NCBI GenBank assembly: GCA_973895155.1
Contig: OZ316895.1
Span: 20,660,803-20,724,802, forward strand
Direction: 5' to 3'
Origin: Marsupella aquatica
Taxonomy: Eukaryota > Plantae > Marchantiophyta
DNA length: 64,000 nt
The notes below the pieces were generated by a model. That model was not told the DNA's origin. It made no database searches and saw only the letters and a program-made list of their open reading frames with translations. Positions 10,516 to 21,778 of this stretch are shown here, piece by piece (within the stretch, counting starts at the first letter, position 1; every line of letters starts with the position of its first letter). Both the position numbers and the translations under genes were made by a program.

Positions 10516-13500
10516 CAAAAATGGCGGGATTGCTTATTATAGTTGTAGATTTCCTGGCCCTCTGCCTCAATAGCCAGGATTTTGCTGTGCATGATGAGTC
10601 TGGTGGCCACTCAGGATGTGTTTTTTCTGTTGGTTGTGATCAAACACGTAGAGTCAATTTTTCCTCACCCAGGGCACAAATCTGGTTGTGTGGCTTGCAT
10701 CCTTGGGTCAGTAGGGTTTGGCTACTGCCTTTTCCCCCAGAAGAAGGAAAGAAAGGGAACTGCAAAGTGGGAAATGAATTCCAAAGCTGCATGAATTTTG
10801 GTTTTCCCAAAGTTTGTAGCAAAAGACCTCCCTATCTCTCTATCATGTCGTTCTAATGCCACTAAAAATTGGTTGTACACAAAAAAATTAGAGATTGTAA
10901 CAAAAGAGAAAGAATGGAAAATGGGAAAGTGAAGTTGACATTCTTATCTATATTGTAATTCAAGTTTGAAGTCTACCATTCATGACCCCCCTTCATGACG
11001 TACTCCTTGACCTGTCAAGGTTATGATTACGGACCCCCATGGGAAGTGTTGTTCCAGAATTCCTAACACCACATGCAGCCACATCATCACATTTGTGACA
11101 TATAGAGAGATAGGGAGGTCAATTTCTCACAAACCAGAACAATTGTGATTTCAACAAGAAACAAACATATTAACAATAGTGTTTGTTGGAAGACAAGGAA
11201 AAACAAGTTAGACCAAGTAACTGTCAAAAGATAAAGTTAACTAATTTGAAAAGTAAAATCTAAAACAACAAGGAATGATGTAACCTATTGGATGGCTTGT
11301 CAGTAACATATCAGTGTTATACATCAAAATGTTTGTATTATTTTATTTCTTGCAAGTCTCTGAAAAAAACCACCCCATCTATATATGTAAATGGTTAGAA
11401 CCCTTGGTTCCATACTGTTCTATACTGTACCATAAGATAATCAATCTCCTTAGTACTTCATGATTGATGTTCAAAACTTCATGATCTCCTAAGGACTTGA
11501 TGAAATCTGCCAAATAATGTTGGGTTCACTCGAAAGCTAAAGAAATTCAAAAAACTCATGATCTATTTAGTATATGAACAGAATCCATAGCTCATTTTCT
11601 TAATACTTGACAAATTAACATTCGCTAACCCCCTAGCTAACTAGACTCTTCATGGAGATATGGCCATATCATGAAGTCTAGATATGGCGAGCCATTAGTG
11701 TGCATACAGATGGGTATTTGGGCTAGTTAAAAAAGCAAGACAAAGGCAAACTCTCCAGAAGTTGATGCATGGATGGAGAAGTGGATGTAGCCCAATGTTT
11801 TTAACAACTGTAAGCATTTATACAAAGAGAAATGTAAACTGACTAAAATATAATGTTTGAGGGTGATGCATCTAGTTTAGTCACCAGCATAATCTAGATA
11901 CCAAAATTATGTCTTACCAAAAAACTGATGATGTATGGCTCCCTACAATGAGCAAGTACTTGAGGGTGAACTACACGAATGCAGGCACCACGTGCAATCT
12001 AAGATACTTATTTCATTCTATTTGGACATAATGATGTTTATGGCCCAGGAAGTAATATAAGGCTGAAAGTTCATAGCCTAAAAAAGTATTTTTTAGGTGT
12101 ACACTTTTTCAAAATGGGTGCCCTATAAAAATCAAAATTGGAATATTATACAATATTTTATATAATGAAATATGAATATTTTAACTCGGTACTGATCGCA
12201 TCTCATATCCTGGAAAACACCTACTTGATCTCCAAAGTAGGTCATGAATGTAGACTTGGATCACTAATTATAGTAAGAATATCAGAGGATTTTGTCAAAT
12301 GTGGTGATCCATGGGAGCTAGGATCTACGTAGCAGATGTTTAGACTCAAATATTGTTTAGAAAATTGGACATAGAGGTTACGATGGTCTATCAACGTGAT
12401 TTTGGAATAATTCAGATACTCATTCTGGATAGCATGTGAAACCTAGGGTTTTGAACTGAACCCCAATGAGTACTGACTAGAGTAAACCTATAGGTGGTTA
12501 ATTTCCTGGTTCAAGAAAAAAATTATATTTAGTGTATGGTAGCCTATGGCCCGAAGTGAGTTCCAGCCATGGTCCCAAGTGGCTATGGATTATCAAGCCT
12601 ACGAGTGTAATTTTGCTCTATTTATGAGTGAAATTTGAGTTTGAATTCAGACAACCCTCCAAGCAGGCTGCCCAAGCGGGCCAAAATATCATAACCCCCT
12701 GGCCAGGCTTGCGGGGGGGGGGGGGGGGGGGGGCGGCGACGCGAATTGCTCATAACTTTTCATACTATCAGTTGGGAGATAGGTTGGTAAGAAGCTGCTC
12801 CCTAAATTGTGAAAATGGGAATGCGTTGGCCCAGGTTACGGTAGAAACAGCTAGAGTTCTGCATGGTAAAGAGCACCAACCATATGGCAGGCACCAATGG
12901 GATGAGTATGGGTTAAGTAAAGGAGTTAAAGTAACCAGTATTTGAAAAGGAAGTCAAACTAGGAATTAAAATAATAATGGGGCAGGTTGATAATTACAAT
13001 CCGTTTGGGAGACAGGTTAATAAAAAAATGAAAGTCCACCAAGGGATTTACTACTAATAGAGCCCAGGGCAAGACCAGAAGGCCAAAGAGAAACCCAAAA
13101 TCCTAGTACTTATTTTTTGATATTTAGACTGCGCGAGGTCGTGGCAACACCAAAACCCAAAAAAAGAGAAAGCGTTTTACTTTTCAAGTCCCCTCGAGAA
13201 GCGACCCAAGAAACGAAAACGGGAAAAGAAAACCAAAATAGAAAGCAAGCCGAATAAAACCATCGAAAAACAAACCTGCCCGGGCAGCAGCAGCAAATTC
13301 CCCCACAGACGACTTGAGCCGGAGAAGTTGCTGATAATGATGATGGAAGGTTTTTAGAGGAGCATGTGAGTTCCGGGGCAGGGGTGCAATAATGGGGATG
13401 CCTACAGTAGTAGTGTCACTATACGGCACCCCGTACTACGAACCACAGGCTCGCAGTCTCGCAGAGTAGCAGCGCAGAAGTTACTGCAGTTGTGCAGAAG

Positions 13501-15156
13501 CCGGGGGTTACCGTATGAACGGGTCTGGTGGAGACAGGCAGGGGGGTCATCGGGGTCCGTCCTTCGGGGAGAGCGTCCTTGGGAGCCGTACTTTGATAAG
13601 GGGGAGCGTCCTTGCGCGAGAGAAGGCGCACCGAAAGGAGTAGGGGCGGACCGGCGTCGTCACTCGTGCGTCACTGGAGTGCGGTCTGAAAGGACTGGGA
13701 CTGACGGTTTTAGGCTCGGACCGTTGGTTTGGAGTGGGCGTGGAGGGACGGAGAATGGACGGACGGACGGACGGAGGGGGGAAGGAACGAAGACCAAGGA
13801 AGAGGGGAGGGCCCGGGGGTCAGGTGGGCAGGAGAAGGCTACGACGACGAGACTGATGAAGTAGCTACGTAGCAGCTGAGCTCCGGAGCTCAGCAATGGC
13901 TGAGGGGAGAAAGGCTTGCATCAGCACATTGATGCCTTTCGCTTTCCTTGGGTCGTTGATCTCATCTCCTCCATTTCCTCGTCCTCCTCCTGTAGCACCT
14001 CCTGTAGCAGCTGAAGAATCCGCGCTCTCTCTCGCTCTCTCTCTCTCACATGGTGCTGATTACGTTGCGAGTGCTGTAGTAGTCTCCCTCGCATCGCGCT
14101 TGAGCTGCTGAGGTCGCGCTCGAGCTGCTGAGGTCGCGCTCGTCAACTGGATCCCTGGTCAAGGCGAGGGGGCTCATTGGTCTCCTTCTGTCTGTCAGCT
14201 TGAGCTGCTGCTGCTGCCTTTGCACTCCTCACTTAAAAGAACAATCCATTCATAACCGGGAAGCGACCGGAGAAGTTGTGCCTGACGTCTATTAATTTTT
14301 TATAACTTCCGATCCAAGCGGGAGAGGAGCAGAGCCCGGTGCGTTTTGAGGGAGAGAGGGAGAGCGGGAGAGAGACGGGGTGGAACGATCTCCGCCTGCC
14401 TGGACGCAGCTCACAGACGAGCTACTGCTGCTAAGTGTTCGTTGATCTGTTAGGGAGTAACTTCGAGTCGTCGTGAGGTGGCTCTGTCGTGGACTTCAGT
14501 CTGGTCGAGAGATAGGCTGAAGTGGGAACCGAACACCTGAGAGGAGAGAACAAGTGGGTGGAGCTGTTGGAAGGGGAACTGCTCGTTTTTCGAAGTTCGC
14601 TGTGCAGCTCTTTGTTGTTGTCGTTGTGGATGCCGGTGAGGTGATCGACTACTTTCACCGGAGCGAACCCGTCCTCCGTCTGACCAAGTTAGTCGTGTCG
14701 TGCGCTGGGCATGCGGTGCTCCTGCTGCTGCTACAATCGAACCGTCGCGCGGTGTGGTTATTTATTGTGCAACGAGCGTCGGCGTTGGTTCTAAGTTTCC
14801 CGATCTCTTCCGCCCTCGTATCATTTGGTGATAGATCTCCACCTGCGTGTGACCGTCTCGATTGTAGCTGATGTGATAGAGAGAAGTCTCGTTTCGGTAA
14901 ATTGACTCGAAACACACTTCGATGTGAATTCCGAGTCCGCTGGCAGCCTCTCCTTTCAGCGTGCACAGCTTTGCACTCGTTATCGGCGGGGTGGCAACGG
15001 TGGAAGCGTGTGCAGCAGTAGACATATGTGAATCGATTGAGGAAGGATTTGCTACTAGGGACGTGGAGCTGCTCGAAGGGGGGGGGGACGGAATCACTCT
15101 GGGTATTGTAATTAGCAGTCACGGCTACCAAAGTTGCACGAGGTGGGTATGTGTAC

Positions 15157-15963
15157 ATGGCGGGGGTGGATCATGCCACCGGTATGTCACATGGCCACCA
15201 TGGCAATATACCGTCCTTGCATCAGCAGGACCAACAGCATACCTCTGAAGATGAAAACAGTGGGAGCAGTGGTCCTGGCAGAGGGAAGAAGAGAGGAAAG
15301 ATCGATGGGAAAGGGGGACCTGGTGGGCAAGGCCTCGGGCAAGAGATCACAGGTGGGCGCAAGCCTCGGGGTAGGCCTCCAGGATCCAAAAACAAGCCGA
15401 AGCCTCCCATTATTATTACTCGAGACAGTGGAAATGGCATGAGACCTCACGTGCTGGAGGTTGCAGGAGGCAACGACGTGGGCGAGAGTGTGGCTACGTT
15501 TGCGAGGAGGAGGCAGCGAGGAGTGTGCGTCCTGGGAGGAAGTGGAACGGTGGCGAATGTAACACTACGACAACCTGCTGCGCCCGGCGCCACTGTGACC
15601 TTCCATGGCCGCTTCGACATTTTATCCCTTTCCGGTGCGTTTTTGCCTCCGCCCGCTCCTCCTAGCGCTGCGGGGCTCACCATCGCTCTGGCTGGAGCAG
15701 CGGGGCAGGTTGTAGGCGGAACGGTGGTAGGAGGTTTGCAGGCAGCAGGGCCGGTCCTGGTGATCGCTGCATCGTTTCAAGGTGCGTCATTTGACCGGCT
15801 GCCACTCGCAGAGGACGCCGATGACGGGAGTGGGCATCCTCAAATTTCCGGGCAGCCTGATTATGGAGGCGGTGTGTACGTGAGTCCTCAGATGGGTCAA
15901 CTGTCGAACTCGGACGTAAACGTCATGAACTGGGCCCAGGCCCAACGGGCTCCTCCCTACTGA
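15157..15963 (+). CDS. AHL: AT-hook motif nuclear-localized protein (clade A AHL: single type-I AT-hook + PPC/DUF296), intronless
   Basis: [26 protein letters not shown]-hook; PPC domain [82 protein letters not shown]. First in-frame ATG at 15157. Confidence 0.96.
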   Translation: MAGVDHATGMSHGHHGNIPSLHQQDQQHTSEDENSGSSGPGRGKKRGKIDGKGGPGGQGLGQEITGGRKPRGRPPGSKNKPKPPIIITRDSGNGMRPHVLEVAGGNDVGESVATFARRRQRGVCVLGGSGTVANVTLRQPAAPGATVTFHGRFDILSLSGAFLPPPAPPSAAGLTIALAGAAGQVVGGTVVGGLQAAGPVLVIAASFQGASFDRLPLAEDADDGSGHPQISGQPDYGGGVYVSPQMGQLSNSDVNVMNWAQAQRAPPY

Positions 15964-18900
15964 AGGAACGGGGACAGTCGACATTGCTTCGCTTGCCTCC
16001 TGCCAAGGCCAAGTTCGAGTTGTCCTGCAGCTACGAGACGGGGAGATGGATATTTTATGCATTTGGACACATGCATTGGCCTTATGCTCGAACCAACGTT
16101 GTGCATAGATTGCATCAATTCACGCGCTCACGACTCAACTGGTTTTTTTCGGGAGGCAGGCTGTCGTCGTCCACTGCAGCCTCCTAAAGTACCAGGACAC
16201 AATGGATTGATCTGTACATTATTTGAGGAGTGGTTGCCACCCTCTTTCACGACGTCTTGTGTCACCCGTCATCCATGATATGCCTCAGTCTCCTTGGAAG
16301 GAATGGATGAGGCGCCAAGATCGAGCCTGGGCGTGTGCGGGAGGTTTGAACTCCACAGTGATCATCCTCACCCTCCGCCCTCACCCTCCTTGTCTTTCCT
16401 CGAACATCGTGATTCACAATCACTCTTATTCTCGATGTCTTTGTCTGTTCTCCGGCACCCGGACGTAATTAGGAATGTGGCATCATGCGTGAAGCAGTCA
16501 TACTTCTAGCAGATTGAGAGAAGATAGTACATTAGATGTGCTGATCAGGTTTATGACATGGCCCACGTTGCGGTGACGCCCAAATTTTCAGTGTTCTTCC
16601 CATCGCTACTCTTCAAAAGCTGATGAAGCACACAACAACACTCTTATGAACGGGATGCGACTGCATTAACAGTTAAGTACTGAGCAAAGCTGGGGAAATA
16701 AGGATCAGGTTGATGCAAAGAATTTACTCGAGTCGAACTAAATATGTTTGGTTTGTCTGTGATGGGTATATGAAGTTTCAACCGGGGATGTATTCGTCTT
16801 TCCCTCAGAAAAATAAGGAAAATCTGGGACGCACACACCACCGAAGGCGCATGATTGCCTTTCATCTCTCGGAACGCGATACGTCTAAGGAAGTGAAGAG
16901 GAAAATGGATTTTGGCAATTGGGCGGAGCCCCAGGATCAGAGTCATTCCGCCGAGCACTAGCTAATTTGCAAGGCTATCTTACCAATAAAGAAGATGCCT
17001 ATTTATTGCATCCATATTTCAAAACCCTAAGGATCGTGACTTGTTTATGTATATAGGTTAATGTTCCTGCTTGTAAATTTCATCATGCTAAGCTCCCTAG
17101 TGTAGATTTTCAGTCGTTGGTTCTGTTTGTCGTTCTGCCCATGTGCGTTTCTTTTGTTTATCTCTCACAGATCCTGAGGTTTGCGGACCAAGGGGCTGTG
17201 GGGTTGTACTCATGTCGTCTCAATCAGATTTGGTCACTCGTTCAACGAGTTACGTGATCTTGGCCTCCGTTTTTCAAACCTCCAGCAGAGCTGTTTCATG
17301 TCCTTTAAATTGGGTCGCTTGGGACTAGTCTGCCGACTGGAGTTCTGCAGTATTGAAGTCTACTCGACAGCTACGCACCGTCTTGCATTAGGGCCTTCGA
17401 ATTGGAAGGTGGAACTCAGATATTTTCGTGTCGCAGCTTGGTATTTGCGCGCAAGGTGCATTTTTTTCTCTCGTTTGTGCATCTCCTTTGCCCACGCTTC
17501 ACCGTGCCCTAGGAATGCAAGCTTTTACATATTTTGTCATGTAGATCTTGTCCATTGAGCAACTGCGAATCGTTTCTCGTTGGTCCATGTGATGGTCATG
17601 TGCTAAAGCTCGATTGCGATACAGCAGTTTGTCGCCACTCGGCGAGGTGTGAGTACATGTATTTTGTCTCGAGGTAAGCTGACAAGCGATGCCGGGTCAC
17701 TTGAGAGTTGCGTGCACCTGGGTCTCCGTTGTCTGGCTTCCATCTGATATCTGTGGCGGTTGCTAAATTGGGTGTTCATGGTCCATCTCCCTGACCTTAG
17801 CGAAGAAGCGTGCTTTTAGCGGGAAACCTTCGAAGTTCATTTCCCGTCCCTGTCTCCCCTCCCTCAAATCATGTAGTCTTGGATTGTGCTGCATTGTGGG
17901 CAAAGAATGATTGTACCATTTACGGCTTCTGGGTGTGGGTGCGGGTGGTGTTGCCCGTAAGATCAGCAGAAGGATAATTGTGGTCAATTTTGCCTTCATG
18001 AGCCCTTCTATGTTGCTTCATGAGCAACTTCCGTGGATTCAGTAGTTTGCTCGACCTCTCCGCTTTCAGAGTGCAGCTGATGTCGGCTAGTATGGATTTT
18101 AACTCAAGATAGAAAAGCTCGAATGGAGTCTAACTCAAGATAGACAAGCCTTCGCCTGGTATGTATCTGGTCAGAAAATGGTCTCCGAAAGAAAAACCTG
18201 TGACAAGAACTACACTAGATAGTGGAAGAAAAGTTGCAGAATGATGCCTCCGCTTTTCTTCTGGGAAGGGAGCTACGTTCGATTTGAGTGGAGAAGATTG
18301 GAAGATTGTTGTCCAAGAGCATCACAATGAAGGTTGCATTAAATTCAAAAATAACGAGTGTGAAAGTAGGTCAGGGATTCCGCAAGGAAAATGGGCTGAC
18401 AAACGATCAGAGTGGAGCCGACTGGGAAATCTGATTAAATCTGTGGGTGAAGATTTTCGGCTCGTGCTTCCATGTAGCTCGTCGTATTGTGAGCCTCATT
18501 GAAAGTTTGCTATTGTCTTCATGGGAACAATTTTCCTCATCATCATTACCCGCACTTGGCACAGTGGCCACATAATGACCGGGCTTCTAATTATGGGTTA
18601 TGCAATGGCAAGTTGCGAACAGTCGGCCCGAGTATAGACCTATCACGAATTTAATTATTTGCAAACTGGGCGTGTCAGGAGGACTCGGGACTCACCTGCA
18701 GTCCAGTCAAATGGAAGGATTCTCGAATCTTATGTGCAACCGACAGCCAACGATATATCGGCGCTGGAGAGGAGATGCTATTCGTCCATTCCCCAGTTGG
18801 ATGGATTTTGAAGAGATGGTCGAGTCGCTTGTGGGGACCCTTGTTTATCTGAGTACGGTTACGACCATGAAAACAAGCTATTTTCGCCTAGCACGTTGAC

Positions 18901-20025
18901 CCGGCTAGCTTGCCGACTCCCCGGAATCCCTGAATCAAATCTTCGGAAATTCGGGGGCCGATTGTCATCTGCTGAAGTGTAGCACTGTAGCCACCATCCA
19001 AGGCCGCAGCTATCTTTCCCTGTCCGCTTGTCTCATCACTAGTGCCAATCGCAGGAGTCGATCTCGTTTGAGCAGGAGTCGAGGAGCTTCGCTTGGAGCA
19101 ATCGTTGAGCACAATCTGCACGTCGTCGGTTAGCTCTCGACACCTACGCTGAGCGGGGCCTACCGAAGAAGACTTTTGTGTTCGGCTGGCCCAGCCCTTT
19201 GGCGGGATCGCAACTCCTATCTCCGCAGTCCTTGGGATTATTATTACAGGTCCGTCCGCTCCTTTTTCCAAATGGCGATTCATCCCATTTGGGGGCGGCT
19301 CATCTCCTTCCGCTCGATCAAGACGCATCAAAATATGACATATACGATGTACGACACCCCTGCATACCGTGATAATCGTAAGTTTTTCCTTTCAATCAAT
19401 GAATGCAGCCACATTTTGATGTGTGATTACCAGCAGGGGATCAAGACCGTCCTGGTACGGTTCGGCCTGCTGTACTTATTACCTGGCTCGGCGAGAGCAC
19501 ACAGGGGGTCTTGTCTTCCCTGCTGAGCCTTTGACTGTGTGCGTTCCTTAGAGCAAGTCCCGGTGTTCTAGACTTCTAGCGTAGAACGCAATCAACGAAA
19601 TTGGCGATGGGGTGTGTAACCTCGTGGCCCCATTGCTGATTCCCACTCTCTACTCTCTAGCCCCACTCCCACTCACTCTCTAGACTGATGTTCCCAGCGT
19701 TTTGCGCATTTTCTAGCCCCACCCTCTGCTGTAGATGTTCCGAGCACTTTGCACATTTCCAACAGTGGCGCCGTTCGCCATGTGGCAGCTCCCATGCTTT
19801 GGTCTCGCGCAAGCTCCAGGCTCGATCAGCCATCGCCCCGCCTCCAGTGGAGAGGGGGCGTCGAGCCGAATTAAGCGCGTGCAATGCCAGGAATGGAGTC
19901 GTCAGTGCCGGGGCCCCACGCTCTGGACAAGTAGCTTAACTCTTCTGCAGTACAATAATAATTGTGCTCTTCGCCGCAGAGTGACGATCAGGTTACGGCA
20001 CAAAATAAATCATCATCATCTACAC

Positions 20026-20345
20026 TTTTAGGCACTGTTTGAGCCGAAACTGAAGCCGCGACGCACATAAAGGTTTGACCAGATGCCTGGATGGACCGAT
20101 GAGACCCAGACGGACCGGGAAAAACCGTTTTTGGGTACCCTAATAGTCCTTTTCCTTTGTAAAACAGGAGCAAAAACGAAAACAATCAGCTAATAAAACT
20201 TTTAGGCAGGGTTTGTGACAAAACTGAGTCCCGCTATGGACATAAACGTTTGACGAGATGCCTGGATGGACAAGTGCACAACCGAGATGCACCACAAAAT
20301 GACCACTTTTTTGTATTCAAATAGTGCTTTTCCTTTGGAACGCAT
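20026..20345. repeat. Two degenerate ~175-bp direct repeats (likely TE subterminal)
   Basis: ttttaggca...aaactga...cataaa.gtttgac.agatgcctggatggac...aatagt.cttttcctttg at ~20026 and ~20200. Confidence 0.7.
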
Positions 20346-21284
20346 CACGCAATTTTGGGGGTCAAGCGAGATCTGGTACCTCTGGCCTGCAAGGTTCTTG
20401 GGAGTGGTCCATCTGAGCATCACTTTAATTTGGGAAACTTGGAAGTCATTTTACAATGTATATGTTAGGTACATACGTTTTGCATTTCTATGTAAAACAC
20501 TGATGCATCGGTATTTTTCCGTTGGTTTTAAATGAAGTGCAGAGAAATAATTCATGACATTGAGCTATAATCTGATAAGAATATTAGATTTAGTGCATTG
20601 CGGTAGTAAATGTGTGTGTGTGTTTTGTGTATGCTGCAACTGAGCAACAAATGAACGGTGAGAACTGGATTCTTGTTGGAAGGGAGTGAAGAAAATTGGC
20701 GAGGATAATCCGTTACCTGCCCTCATGCTCCAAAAACACATCATAGTGGAAATGAACCCTGCGAAGTATTATAGGCTTTGCTCCTGTAGTTCATTCTGTG
20801 GCACAACCCATCCTTGCGGAGAAGTCTTTCCTCTAATCCTTGTGCGATTGCGACCAGACCTTACAATCTTACAGACAAAATAAATGAAAGTATATACTTG
20901 GTTGACTTCAATAAAATAATGCCTTGGGGTCTACTCTGGTGGGCCAAATCTCTTGGTTAAGCTGCCATTATTCATTTTCAAAACGTGGTGGATAGATGTC
21001 AACATAATTAGTCAATGACTTTTACACTGAGCATAAAAAAGGCTGTCATGTATATAGTAATATCCTGTTTTCTAGAGCATTCTATAATGCCCCCAAACAA
21101 GAGCTTTAGCCCAACTCCTGAGGGCTATTTTAGACCCCATAATGCCCTGATCAAGGGGTTGATAATTTTTTTTATTCTTCACACTTGGAGACCAGTCTCC
21201 AAATGCCCTTGCACTGGGTCTGTAAAGTTCAGAAATGAGACAGAAATCTTGCAGATACAAATCCTCACACAACTTAGGGGTATC

Positions 21285-21778
21285 AAATCTCACCTCTGCA
21301 CTTTCGAGTTTAGAGCCTGAAAAAACATTAGTCAGCCCTTTTTATCCCTTTCGAGAAGGGTATTTCAAGGGGGGAACCTGGATTTCGCTAACAGGTTCAA
21401 ATCTGGAATAGTGTCACATTCCAAAAGCCCCAAGAGCAAAAAGTGACCATTATGTCCTCCCACAACTTCTTGGTCTCGAATCTCACCTCTGGACTTTCGA
21501 GTGTTGACGCTGGAAAAACATTAGTTACCCCTTTTGAGGGGTGGGAAGATTTTATGGGGGGAACTTGGATTTAGCTAATAGGTTCAAATCTGGAATAGTG
21601 TCACACTCCAAAAGCCTCAAGAGCAAAAAGTGACCATCATGTACTCCCACAAATTCTTGGTCTTGAATCTCACCTCTGGGCTGTGGAGTTTTGACTCCGG
21701 AAAAACATTAATTAACATGAGATTTCGTGGGGGGAACCTCTAACAGGTTCAAGTTTGGAATAGTGTCACACTCCAAAA
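21285..21778. repeat. ~190-bp tandem repeat, about 2.6 units
   Basis: aatctcacctctg, aaaaacatta, gggggaac and ggttcaaatctggaatagtgtcaca recur in three units (~21285, 21479, 21666); aagagcaaaaagtgaccat in two. Confidence 0.9.

Noticed and set aside
11400-12060. Coding-like decayed segment (possible transposon protein)
   Set aside because: Too many stops and frameshifts and no diagnostic motif to support a call.
12713-12732. Long poly-G run (also ~935, ~15078, ~31721)
   Set aside because: Simple homopolymers of uncertain length with no functional context.
18888-19526. Overlapping 116-147-aa ORFs downstream of AHL
   Set aside because: No recognisable motifs; such ORFs are expected by chance in GC-richer sequence.
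21390-21410. tRNA/SINE B-box-like GGTTCAAATC
   Set aside because: No A-box at suitable spacing and no cloverleaf; it is part of the 190-bp tandem unit.
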